A stretch of 64,000 nucleotides of DNA from Candidatus Rokuibacteriota bacterium (GTDB lineage Bacteria; Methylomirabilota; Methylomirabilia; Rokubacteriales; CSP1-6). The DNA lies in assembly GCA_023249095.1 (NCBI GenBank), contig JAHFDK010000009.1, positions 1,595 to 65,594 on the forward strand, in the 5' to 3' direction. Below the pieces are notes generated by a model. That model saw only the letters and a list, made by a program, of their open reading frames with translations, did not search any database and had not been told where the DNA came from. Of this stretch, positions 38,440 to 46,320 are shown piece after piece; the first letter of the stretch is position 1; each line of letters begins with the position of its first letter. The position numbers and the translations under genes are program-made.

Positions 38440-39128
38440 CCGCGGCGGTGAGCGGTCCGATTCCGGGATGGTACGGGAAGCTCCCGAGCCTGGGCGACTT
38501 CGCGACTCGCCGGCTGTCGCCCGAGTTCGTCAAGCCGTGGGACACCTGGTTGCAGGAAGTCCTCCGGGCAACGCGCGACACCCTCCTGGAAGGCTGGTTC
38601 GATTCGTATCTCACCATGCCGATCTGGCGCTTCGTATTTCTCCCCGGGCTCGTGGGCCAGAGCGGCTGGGCTGGTGTGCTGATGCCGAGCGTCGACCGAG
38701 TGGGCCGCCATTTCCCGCTGACGATCGCTATGGCGTTGCCCTCGTATGCCGCAGCGGCGCACGCCGTGTTCGACGGCGCCGACTGGTTCGCGGGGCTGGA
38801 AGACGCGGCGCTCGCCGTACTCGATCCGACTCGCGGCGCCGACGATCTCGACAGCGCGCTCGCGCACAGCGTCCTCGCGGTCGCGGCCGCCACCGATCCT
38901 GACGGTTCGGTCGGTCCGTTGCGCGCCCTGTCCTCCGTCGAAGCCTTCGGGCCGTTCGCCGAGGGAGAAGCGCTGCGCGCCTGGAGCGAGAGCACGGGAT
39001 GGAAGGGGCTCTGGTGGACGCGCGGCCGAGTGGACGGCGAGTCGCTGATGCTCGGCTGCGCCGGCCTGCCGACGACCGAAGAGTTCGCCCGGCTCCTCGA
39101 GAGCCGTTCGACTCGCGCGCCCGCGTGA
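38436..39128 (+). CDS. tagF: T6SS-associated protein TagF (ImpM)
   Basis: GTG 38436 has a GTGA overlap with tssM. PGWYGKLPSLGDFATRRL...PIWRF...D.VGR.FPL is the conserved TagF signature. Confidence 0.85.
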   Translation: MTAAVSGPIPGWYGKLPSLGDFATRRLSPEFVKPWDTWLQEVLRATRDTLLEGWFDSYLTMPIWRFVFLPGLVGQSGWAGVLMPSVDRVGRHFPLTIAMALPSYAAAAHAVFDGADWFAGLEDAALAVLDPTRGADDLDSALAHSVLAVAAATDPDGSVGPLRALSSVEAFGPFAEGEALRAWSESTGWKGLWWTRGRVDGESLMLGCAGLPTTEEFARLLESRSTRAPA

Positions 39129-39135
39129 CGAGAAT

Positions 39136-39720
39136 CTATTTCGGCTTGGGTCTGTAAGGCCAGATCGTACCGGTGACCTTGATGGTCACCGTCGTTTTGA
39201 CGTTGGCCGATTCGATCCCTTTCGTGGCCGGGTGCGCTCGCCGTTCAGACGTCTTGGTCACGACCGACGGAACATCGCGCGTGTAGAGGCGCATGTTCTG
39301 AACGATGTCTCCTCTGGGCTTCACGTGCTGTTCCAGGGTCCTGACCGCGCCATTGGCGTCCACCTTCCCATTCACGATAGCGGTGTGGTGGCCGCGTTTG
39401 GCCGTTGATTCCTTCTTCTCCGTCACCGTGGATCCGTCCTTGAAGGTGTACTCGATCACGGTGGTCGTCGTCACGAGGTGATTTCGGATCTGGAGAATGT
39501 CACCGGGCTCGACGTGGCTGACGTCGTCGACAGGATCACCCCAGATGTAATCCGAGTCGTCCTTGACAGGGCCGAGGTCATTGGATGTCTGCGCGCCGGC
39601 TTGCTTGAGCGCTTGCTCACCAAGGTCCCAGCACTCTCCCCGTCCGACTTTCGCCCCCAGTTTTCCCCGTGCCCATACCACGACCTGCTGATTCGTCGTG
39701 AGTGGCTGTGCCTTGCTCAT
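39136..39720 (-). CDS. Papain-like (CHAP/NlpC-P60-type, BPSL0067-like) putative cysteine hydrolase; candidate T6SS cargo effector
   Basis: 194 aa with no signal peptide. Candidate nucleophile in VGRGECWDLGEQAL (Cys30), then PGDILQI and RGHHTAIV (His111/112). G+C is visibly lower than in the flanking core genes (about 60% against 70% in hand counts of sample lines). Confidence 0.5.
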   Translation of the reverse strand: MSKAQPLTTNQQVVVWARGKLGAKVGRGECWDLGEQALKQAGAQTSNDLGPVKDDSDYIWGDPVDDVSHVEPGDILQIRNHLVTTTTVIEYTFKDGSTVTEKKESTAKRGHHTAIVNGKVDANGAVRTLEQHVKPRGDIVQNMRLYTRDVPSVVTKTSERRAHPATKGIESANVKTTVTIKVTGTIWPYRPKPK

Positions 39721-39736
39721 GGCAGACCGCGGGCGC

Positions 39737-41215
39737 CTAGGCCCGCCCGCCGCGCAGCTGCTTGACTTGCGCCTCGTAGGCGCGACGGAAGGCCTTGCCG
39801 AAGGCGGCGTTGAAGTCCTCGCGGGCCTCTCCGGAGATCGCCGCGTAGCGCTCGAGGAAGAGATCCCACAGCTTCGCCTTGCGATTCATCGGCAGCAGGT
39901 CGTCGAGCATGGACTGGTCGGACAGGCGCTTCGCCAGCTCCTGAGGTGCGAAGCGCGCAAACACTTCCTCCAGCGCCGCGCGCATGCCGGCGAGGAGGCC
40001 GAGCTGGTGCGCGCGCAGGTCGTCGTAGGCGTCCTTCATGGCGCGGAGGGGTGGCATGAAGCCGTGCATCTGCGGCGTCAGCAGGTGCGTCAGCGCCGCC
40101 TCCACCGTCGGCGAGAACTTCAGGGGGTTGTTGTCCTGCGCCATGATCATGGTGACGTCGGCGCGCATCTCGCTCTTCGTGAGCCCGCGGGCGCGCAGGA
40201 GGTCGAGCGTGCCCTGCACGGCCTCGCGCAGGAGCTTGCCGATCGCCTCCATCGTGTCCGGTGTGAGACTCTTCGCGGACTGGATTCCGGCAATGCCCGC
40301 GCCCTGCAGGAAAGCGCGGAGCAGCATCTGCTCCTGTGAGCCCGGAGGCGCCATGCTCACCGGCTGAGTCGGAGGCCTGACCGGCGCGGGCGGAGCGCTC
40401 GGTTGCGGCGCCGGCGGCGCCGCCTGGGCCATGGGCTTGAGCACGGGCTCCGGCTTCGCCTGCGGTGGGACGTACGGCGTGAAGAGCTCGTGCCCCTGGT
40501 CGGGGACGGACGGCGGCGGCGGGATCGGCTTCACCGTGCTCGCGAACATGTCGAGTGGATCCACGACACCGCCTGAAGCCGGGGACGACCCCAGGGTCGG
40601 CTTCCCGAAAGGCGACTGGGGCGCCAGCAGATCGGGCGCGCTCGACGGCTTGAGGCCGAACAACTCGTCGATGCTCGGCTCGCGTCCACGTATTCCCACG
40701 AGCGGGTCATCCGCCGGGAATTCTGGAATGTGCGGAGTGGCGCCCGGGGAACGCGTGGGAACTACAGGCGGCACGTGCGGCGGGATCATGGGATCCGCGC
40801 GCGGCGCCGACCGCTCGGCCGGAAGCAGGAGATCGGCGAACGGGTCGAATGGGCTCGGCCCCGCGCCGACGCTGGAAGACGCCGCCTGTGGCGCGGTAGG
40901 CGCAGTCACGGCCACCTCGAGGATGTAGTCCCCGACCTTGACCTTGTCCCCGTCCCCGAGCCGTGCCTGGCTGCCCGAGCCCAGCGGCCGTCCGTTCACG
41001 ACGACCGGGTTCTTCGTACCGGTGTCGGTGATGACGTAGCCGCCGGCCTGGAAGGAGATGGTGGCGTGCGTGCGCGAGATGAACCGCTCGGGATCCGAGA
41101 GCACCAAGGTGTTGGTCTCTCCTCGCCCGATCGTCCCCCCGGCTTCCTCGAAGCGGGCCGCCAACTCTCGGTCGAGAGGGCGCCCCTTGAAGGAAACCGC
41201 GCGGATCGTCAGCAT
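39737..41215 (-). CDS. tagH: T6SS-associated FHA-domain protein TagH (Fha)
   Basis: ATG 41215 gives MLTIRAVSFKGRPL...GRGETNTLVLSDPERFISRTHATI (FHA). A Pro-rich linker follows, then the conserved TagH C-terminal domain (NNPLKF...LWDLF..Y). Confidence 0.85.
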   Translation of the reverse strand: MLTIRAVSFKGRPLDRELAARFEEAGGTIGRGETNTLVLSDPERFISRTHATISFQAGGYVITDTGTKNPVVVNGRPLGSGSQARLGDGDKVKVGDYILEVAVTAPTAPQAASSSVGAGPSPFDPFADLLLPAERSAPRADPMIPPHVPPVVPTRSPGATPHIPEFPADDPLVGIRGREPSIDELFGLKPSSAPDLLAPQSPFGKPTLGSSPASGGVVDPLDMFASTVKPIPPPPSVPDQGHELFTPYVPPQAKPEPVLKPMAQAAPPAPQPSAPPAPVRPPTQPVSMAPPGSQEQMLLRAFLQGAGIAGIQSAKSLTPDTMEAIGKLLREAVQGTLDLLRARGLTKSEMRADVTMIMAQDNNPLKFSPTVEAALTHLLTPQMHGFMPPLRAMKDAYDDLRAHQLGLLAGMRAALEEVFARFAPQELAKRLSDQSMLDDLLPMNRKAKLWDLFLERYAAISGEAREDFNAAFGKAFRRAYEAQVKQLRGGRA

Positions 41216-41352
41216 AACCCACCTTTCCGGAATCATCCGAGAGCGGCGTAGGGCCGATTTTACTCCGGTTGGGTCGTTCGCGTCCCCCCTCAATCTGCTG
41301 TACTTCCGCGACTTCGGAAGGCTAGACTACCCGCGCGTTCAGGAGGCACCGG

Positions 41353-42120
41353 ATGAGCGGGCCAGACAAACGAGCCAAACCGTTGACGCTTCAGGAGCTC
41401 ACGGAGCTCCGCCGCAAGACGGAAGTCGTCTCCAAGTTTTTGCAAGAGCAGCTCGCGGCGCACCTGGACACCCTGCGGCCCGTCCTCTCGCCCGAGAGGC
41501 TGTTCAGCAAGTATCTCGGGGCGAAAGGAGATCCCGCGGTTGCCGAGCGCTCCTTTGCGCGGCTCCAGCAGAACTACAAGCCCTTCGCCGCGCGTCCCTT
41601 CGACGCGCCGTCCGAGTTCGACCCGCACTGGCTGACACTGGTGGGCAACCGCCTCACGCTCTATCCGTGGGAATACACCCACGACGCCAAGACCGACCGC
41701 GAGACCAAGACGATCAGCATGGCATCGCCCCTTCGCTGGGTCGTGAGCTTCGCGTCCGCGTACGCTCTGTCTCAGGTGAGGCAAGGCCTGGCCGGGAAGG
41801 GCGAGCGCCGGCCCGAGCACATCCGCCAGTTCGTCGTCAATGCTCTGGTCGCGCAACTGACGATCAACCACGCTTCAGGCCTGACGGCATTGTTTGCCGA
41901 CCTCCGTTACCAGCTCCAGACCGACTATGCGCCCGACCTGCCCAAGCTGCCGCTCACTACCATCGGATTCGGCCTGCCTTCCTTCCGCCCGGCTGACGAC
42001 CTCATCCTGGCCGCCACCAGCTTCTCCGGCATCCCCGCCTTCGTCGAGCTGATCGACGTCGAGGGACTTTCCCGTCTGCAGGATCCGCTGAAAGCGCGTC
42101 TCCAGGAGTTGGTGCGCTAG
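41353..42120 (+). CDS. Hypothetical protein, no family recognised, inside the T6SS locus
   Basis: 255-aa ORF with ATG 41353 six nt after aggagg. Codon usage and amino-acid composition look protein-like and match the host G+C. It is divergent from tagH. Confidence 0.6.
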   Translation: MSGPDKRAKPLTLQELTELRRKTEVVSKFLQEQLAAHLDTLRPVLSPERLFSKYLGAKGDPAVAERSFARLQQNYKPFAARPFDAPSEFDPHWLTLVGNRLTLYPWEYTHDAKTDRETKTISMASPLRWVVSFASAYALSQVRQGLAGKGERRPEHIRQFVVNALVAQLTINHASGLTALFADLRYQLQTDYAPDLPKLPLTTIGFGLPSFRPADDLILAATSFSGIPAFVELIDVEGLSRLQDPLKARLQELVR

Positions 42121-42147
42121 ACGCCATCGCGGGGAGGGAGGCACACC

Positions 42148-42632
42148 GTGGCCGTTCGTGGCTGGCCAAGGGCCCTGGTCTGGAACACCTTCGGCACGAT
42201 CGCGTCGGCGCCTCACGGCGTGTCAGCGGATGCTCAGACAGAAGCCTCCATCGAGCCCCCAGCCCGGATTCAAGTGATCTTCGACGGCGGCCAGCTTCGC
42301 CTAGCTTCCTTCGATGTGAACGTCCGAATCGTCCCGCACGGCACCTGGGTGGTCCGGGGCAAGTCGACCACGTCACTCCTCGCCCACGAGCAAGGACTCT
42401 GGAACAATCGCCGGACTCACGGCTCACGAATACCATCGGGCGCTCGAGGCCTTGCGCGCCGCGAACCAGTCCGGATCATTCACGGCTTGCCCGGGAAGCG
42501 CTCCAGCGGATTCAGACGAAGGTCGATGGCCTCCAGGACAAGTACGATCGGGAAACCATCCACAGCCGCAATGCCACGGCGCAAGCCTAGTGGGCCGCGA
42601 CGATCCGCAACTGCATCGTGAACGGGAACTAG
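42148..42632 (+). pseudogene. Decayed DUF922-like (predicted Zn-dependent protease) gene
   Basis: The reading ...TSLLAHEQG breaks frame. It continues as DSGTIAGLTAHEYHRALEALRAANQ in a second frame and AREALQRIQTKVDGLQDKYDRETIHSRNATAQA in a third. An in-frame TAG (42588-42590) then precedes WAATIRNCIVNGN*. The second His of HExxH appears mutated (HEQGL). Confidence 0.5.
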
Positions 42633-42673
42633 GCCCTGCCAAATCCGTGACACGGCGCGAACGCGAGGCCGAA

Positions 42674-43264
42674 GTGTCCGAGGGACCGGTGCTCCTGCAA
42701 GCCGTCCGCGCCACGGTCACCACGATAGAAACGCGGGCTCGCATTTACCGCTGGGCGGTTGTCTGCGTTGCGATGGCTCTCGTCGGCCCCATCCTCTTGG
42801 CGCTCGCCTTTCTTTCCTGGCGCCCACTCCCCTATGTCGCTCTGCTCGTTCCCGTTGTGGGCGCATTTCTCGTCATCGACAGTCGGACGGTGCTCAGCTG
42901 GCAGCGCCGCGTGCTGCATATGTGGCTCTCGGGTGATCTCGGGCTGTCTGATCTTCGCCAGACGGTCCAGGCCATGCGTCATGTGCCGGCGGGGACGGTC
43001 GCCGGCATGCTGGATCGACTACCACCTTCTGAGCCACCGCAACAATTCGATCGACTTCCCACAGACAGCAAAGCTTCCGTCGCGGAGCGCTGCGTGGCGC
43101 GCACTTCCCGTCAAGACCGTCGCACCTTGCTCTCGACTGCCGGCGCGACGCTCCTCGTGTGCTCGGTCGCCGTCACCGTGTCGCTGCAGGCAGCCACACC
43201 GCTGCTCGTGGCTCCCGTCGGGCTGCTCCTCATCGCATCATCGCGACGCGCCAGCGTTCGGTGA
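42674..43264 (+). CDS. Small multi-pass membrane protein, function unknown
   Basis: About 196 aa from GTG 42674 (alternative 42689), with four hydrophobic helices (e.g. WAVVCVAMALVGPILLALAFL, YVALLVPVVGAFLVI, LLVCSVAVTVSL, LLVAPVGLLLIA). The 5' part of the track ORF overlaps the DUF922 remnant. Confidence 0.45.
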   Translation: MSEGPVLLQAVRATVTTIETRARIYRWAVVCVAMALVGPILLALAFLSWRPLPYVALLVPVVGAFLVIDSRTVLSWQRRVLHMWLSGDLGLSDLRQTVQAMRHVPAGTVAGMLDRLPPSEPPQQFDRLPTDSKASVAERCVARTSRQDRRTLLSTAGATLLVCSVAVTVSLQAATPLLVAPVGLLLIASSRRASVR

Positions 43265-43271
43265 TCGACAC

Positions 43272-43649
43272 GTGAACGCGCCCGTCCGGAATCGGTTCTT
43301 CATGGTCTTCGGCGCCGTTGTGCTCGTCGGGGTCATTCTGTACTACGCGTTCATGGCTTTCGACGGGATGGGGCTCGCTGACCACCAGGTCACGGCCACG
43401 GTGCTGGACAAGAAGCATCGCGGGGCCGCCAACACCTATAGCACGCAGATCGTCGGCAATCGCACGCTCGTCGTGCCGCAGGCGACGCCGGAGATGTACG
43501 TACTGAGTCTCGACGTCAACGGCATCCCGTCGGAGATCCTGGTCGACAAGATGCTCTACGACGCTGTGGGGCCGAAGGACCGCGTACGCGTCACCTACCA
43601 GCGCCGTCGCTTCACCGGGGCGGTGCAGGTCGTGACCGTCACCCGCTGA
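43272..43649 (+). CDS. Small N-terminally anchored protein, function unknown
   Basis: About 125 aa with one TM helix (FFMVFGAVVLVGVILYYAFMAF) followed by a beta-rich soluble domain. The start is GTG 43272 or ATG 43302. It begins 8 nt after the previous gene and ends 14 nt before the next. Confidence 0.45.
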   Translation: MNAPVRNRFFMVFGAVVLVGVILYYAFMAFDGMGLADHQVTATVLDKKHRGAANTYSTQIVGNRTLVVPQATPEMYVLSLDVNGIPSEILVDKMLYDAVGPKDRVRVTYQRRRFTGAVQVVTVTR

Positions 43650-43663
43650 GGCCGCCAAAGGCT

Positions 43664-44836
43664 ATGCCGCCCGATTTGATCTATCTCGACTACAACGCAA
43701 CGACCCCCATTGACCCGCGTGTCCTCGAGAAGATGATGCCGTTCCTCGAGCGCGAATACGGCAACGCCGCCAGTCGCGACCACGCTCTCGGCTGGAACGC
43801 CGCGGAGGCAGTCGAAGAGGCCCGATATCATGTCGCGGAGCTGATCAACGCGAAACCCATCGAGATCACCTTCACGAGCGGCGCGACGGAGAGTATCAAC
43901 ATGGCGCTCAAGGGCCTTGCGTGGGCCTCGTCGGCTCCGAAAAAGCGGATCATCACCTCACCAGCCGAGCACGAGGCGGTTCTCGGGGTCTGTCGGCAGT
44001 TGATGCAGTCCGCCCGCGTCGAGGTCCAATATCTTCCGGTCGATTCGTGCGCGCGGATAAGCCCAGACGATCTCGAGCGAACGCTGGAAGGTGGCAGGGA
44101 CTCCGTCGTGGCAATCATGGCGGCGAACAACGAGATCGGAACGATCAATCCTGTCGGCGAGCTGGCGACAATCGCGCACGCCGCCGGGGGGTTGTTCTTC
44201 ACGGATGCCACACAAGCGATCGGCAAGATCCCGGTCGACGTGCGGGAGATCGATGCGGACGTCTTGGCCTTCTCGGCACACAAGGTGTACGGGCCCAAGG
44301 GTGTTGGTGCGCTCTTCGTTTGCAGTCGTGAGCCGAAGATCGAGCTCGAGCCATTGATCGTCGGCGGCGGCCATGAACGACGTTTGCGAGCTGGCACGGT
44401 CAATGTGCCGGGGATCGTCGGATTTGGAGAGGCTTGCCGGCTGGCGAAGCTCGAGCTGCGAGAGGAAGCGGAGAGGATTCGGACGTTGCGGGATTCGTTC
44501 GTAGCCCAACTTGCCAACTCTATACCTAGTCTTGAAGCGAACGTCACGGGCGCAGGCGAAAAGCGGCTACCGGGCACAGCGGCCCTCATATTCCCTGGTG
44601 TCGATGCTCGGGCATTGCTCCGTGACGCCTGGCGCGTAGCGGCATCGACAAAATCCGCGTGCTCGAGCGGAGATTCCCAGCCGAGCCACGTTCTGAAGGC
44701 CATCGGATTGACTGACGACGACACATACTCAGCCGTGCGTTTCAGTCTGGGGCGATTCACAACGAAGAGTGAGTTAGCAGAAGCCATCGACTGCATCGTC
44801 GCTTCCGTTCGAGGATTAGTCTCCAGGATCCGCTGA
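43664..44836 (+). CDS. Cysteine desulfurase (class V aminotransferase, NifS/IscS family)
   Basis: 390 aa with LDYNATTP, the PLP-lysine motif SAHKVYGPKG and the catalytic Cys loop KSACSSG. Confidence 0.9.
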   Translation: MPPDLIYLDYNATTPIDPRVLEKMMPFLEREYGNAASRDHALGWNAAEAVEEARYHVAELINAKPIEITFTSGATESINMALKGLAWASSAPKKRIITSPAEHEAVLGVCRQLMQSARVEVQYLPVDSCARISPDDLERTLEGGRDSVVAIMAANNEIGTINPVGELATIAHAAGGLFFTDATQAIGKIPVDVREIDADVLAFSAHKVYGPKGVGALFVCSREPKIELEPLIVGGGHERRLRAGTVNVPGIVGFGEACRLAKLELREEAERIRTLRDSFVAQLANSIPSLEANVTGAGEKRLPGTAALIFPGVDARALLRDAWRVAASTKSACSSGDSQPSHVLKAIGLTDDDTYSAVRFSLGRFTTKSELAEAIDCIVASVRGLVSRIR

Positions 44837-44883
44837 ACCGCATCCTCATCGAGGAAAAGCTCCTACCACGGCGCTTTCTGCCT

Positions 44884-45320
44884 TCATTCGTCGATGTCGG
44901 AGTAGTCGTAGATGGCCAAGCCGAACCCACAGTTGAATCATGCCAGCTTGGTCAACACCGGCGCTTCCAAGCAGTACACCGGAGCGTTGCCGTAGATCTT
45001 GACCACCCCGTTAAAGCCGGCCTTCAGCCCGCTCCGCTCCACGAACTCCCGGATGCCACGCGCGCCGGCAAACGATGTCCAAGACGGCCTGGAAGGCTTT
45101 ATCGATGCTGTCGAAAGGGTTGCTCCGGAACGCCGACCGCCCAGTGGGTGTCGGCCAGGTCGGCGCGCTCCCGCAAATGCTCGTGCCGCTCCCGCCAGAT
45201 GCGGGTCGGGTACAAGCCGATCGCCCGTGTCACCCTCGTCGGGATCGAAGCCGCGGCCACAGATATTGTGAACTCCGCCTCCACCGTGGCTCCGCGCTCA
45301 TTGCGCAGTGGATTCGTCAT
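44884..45320 (-). pseudogene. Decayed DUF4279-like gene
   Basis: The minus strand reads MTNPLRNERGATVEAEFTISVAAASIPTRVTRAIGLYPTRIWRERHEH...HWAVGVPEQ. After a frameshift near 45110 it reads NPFDSIDKAFQAVLDIV...VVKIYGNAPVYCLEAPVLTKLA. An in-frame TGA (44938-44940) is followed by FNCGFGLAIYDYSDIDE*. The pattern matches DUF4279 as I remember it. Confidence 0.55.
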
Positions 45321-45639
45321 GTCCGCCGCGCCGAGCGCACACGATGAGCGGGGCTCAGCAACCGCCGTCGTCATCGTCTCCGCCCCGGCGATCATCCTTT
45401 TTCTTGAGGGGTACTGCCCCGCAAGGTCGTCCACCTTGAGACCCGTTCTCGGAACGGTCTCGGCACGCGGGGGGGCCGTCACAACGCGAACGACCGCGGA
45501 GACCGTCTGAAGCGTCCCGGGCCCCTGAGGGGCGCCGACCACCGCAACACTCACCCTCCTCCGCGGGCCGGATTCCTCCAGTAGTTGGCCGGGCCGTTGA
45601 TCTGGGCCTCTGTCATGTTCGAAGGCGGCCGTCACCTCA

Positions 45640-46269
45640 TCACTTCGGCCCTGCCTCACATAGCTTTTCCACATCGATCTGATCGGCTGGCCACGAGCCG
45701 AGCAAGTACCACCTCACTAGGGCGGCGTGTGACAACGGTTGTGAGGTGTCCCGAAGATCGTCGTTTGTCGAGTAATCCAGAAGGAAGATGCCACCGTGTT
45801 TGCTTGCTTCCCTGAGAGTTGCCGTCTCCTGTTGGAGACGATGGTCGAGAATCCAACGATACGTGGGGAGGTAGAGCACCACCCTGGCCGTCATGTAGTC
45901 GATCAAGGAGGGGCGAGCGCCGAGCTGGTGCCCCAGCACGCGGCCGCGTGGGACGCCGTTCCTGCCTCGCGCACGACTGCTTCTTTTGATGTTACCCAGG
46001 GTAGTGATCGAGAATTTGGCCACGTCTACCTCATTCTCGAATTCGAAGCGCTTCAGTCCTTGCCAGATGCCCTCGACCGAAGAAGCGGTGATGCCCGGCC
46101 AGAACGGGACGGGAATGCCACCGTGTGGGAAAAATGGGCTAAATCTGATCCAGGGCTCGGGCCCTTTCGACGTGAGGTCGAACACGGCGGAGTCCCCGTA
46201 GGCGCGTCGCAGGCGCCCCGCCGCGCGGCGAGGCGCAACGGTGATCCCAGAGTCGAGACCGCCATTCAT
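45640..46269 (-). CDS. Conserved-looking hypothetical protein with NADAR-like motifs; candidate second immunity/ADP-ribosyl hydrolase
   Basis: 209 aa. FSPFFPHGGIPVPFWPGITASSVEGIWQGLKRFE and ...IFLLDYSTNDDL... parallel the FSNF...G..(W/Y).(T/S)SEH.(F/Y)QA.KF and LVE...ND..WG segments of YbiA/NADAR proteins. It is the second gene downstream of the Rhs toxin. Confidence 0.55.
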   Translation of the reverse strand: MNGGLDSGITVAPRRAAGRLRRAYGDSAVFDLTSKGPEPWIRFSPFFPHGGIPVPFWPGITASSVEGIWQGLKRFEFENEVDVAKFSITTLGNIKRSSRARGRNGVPRGRVLGHQLGARPSLIDYMTARVVLYLPTYRWILDHRLQQETATLREASKHGGIFLLDYSTNDDLRDTSQPLSHAALVRWYLLGSWPADQIDVEKLCEAGPK

Positions 46270-46320
46270 CTCAGAACTTGCTCACGCCGCCGACTGCAAT
46301 CTCATCTTGCGCGGAGATAC

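Noticed and set aside
42452-43264. 270-aa track ORF as a single protein
   Set aside because: Its first 70 codons or so overlap the third-frame segment of the DUF922-like remnant and are Arg/Pro-rich. The membrane protein most plausibly starts at GTG 42674 or 42689.
45099-45674. 191-aa minus-strand ORF as one intact gene
   Set aside because: Only its 3' part (from about 45320) has DUF4279-like sequence, and it terminates prematurely relative to that family. The 5' part is low complexity and overlaps the end of the NADAR-like gene. I treat it as pseudogene plus non-coding.
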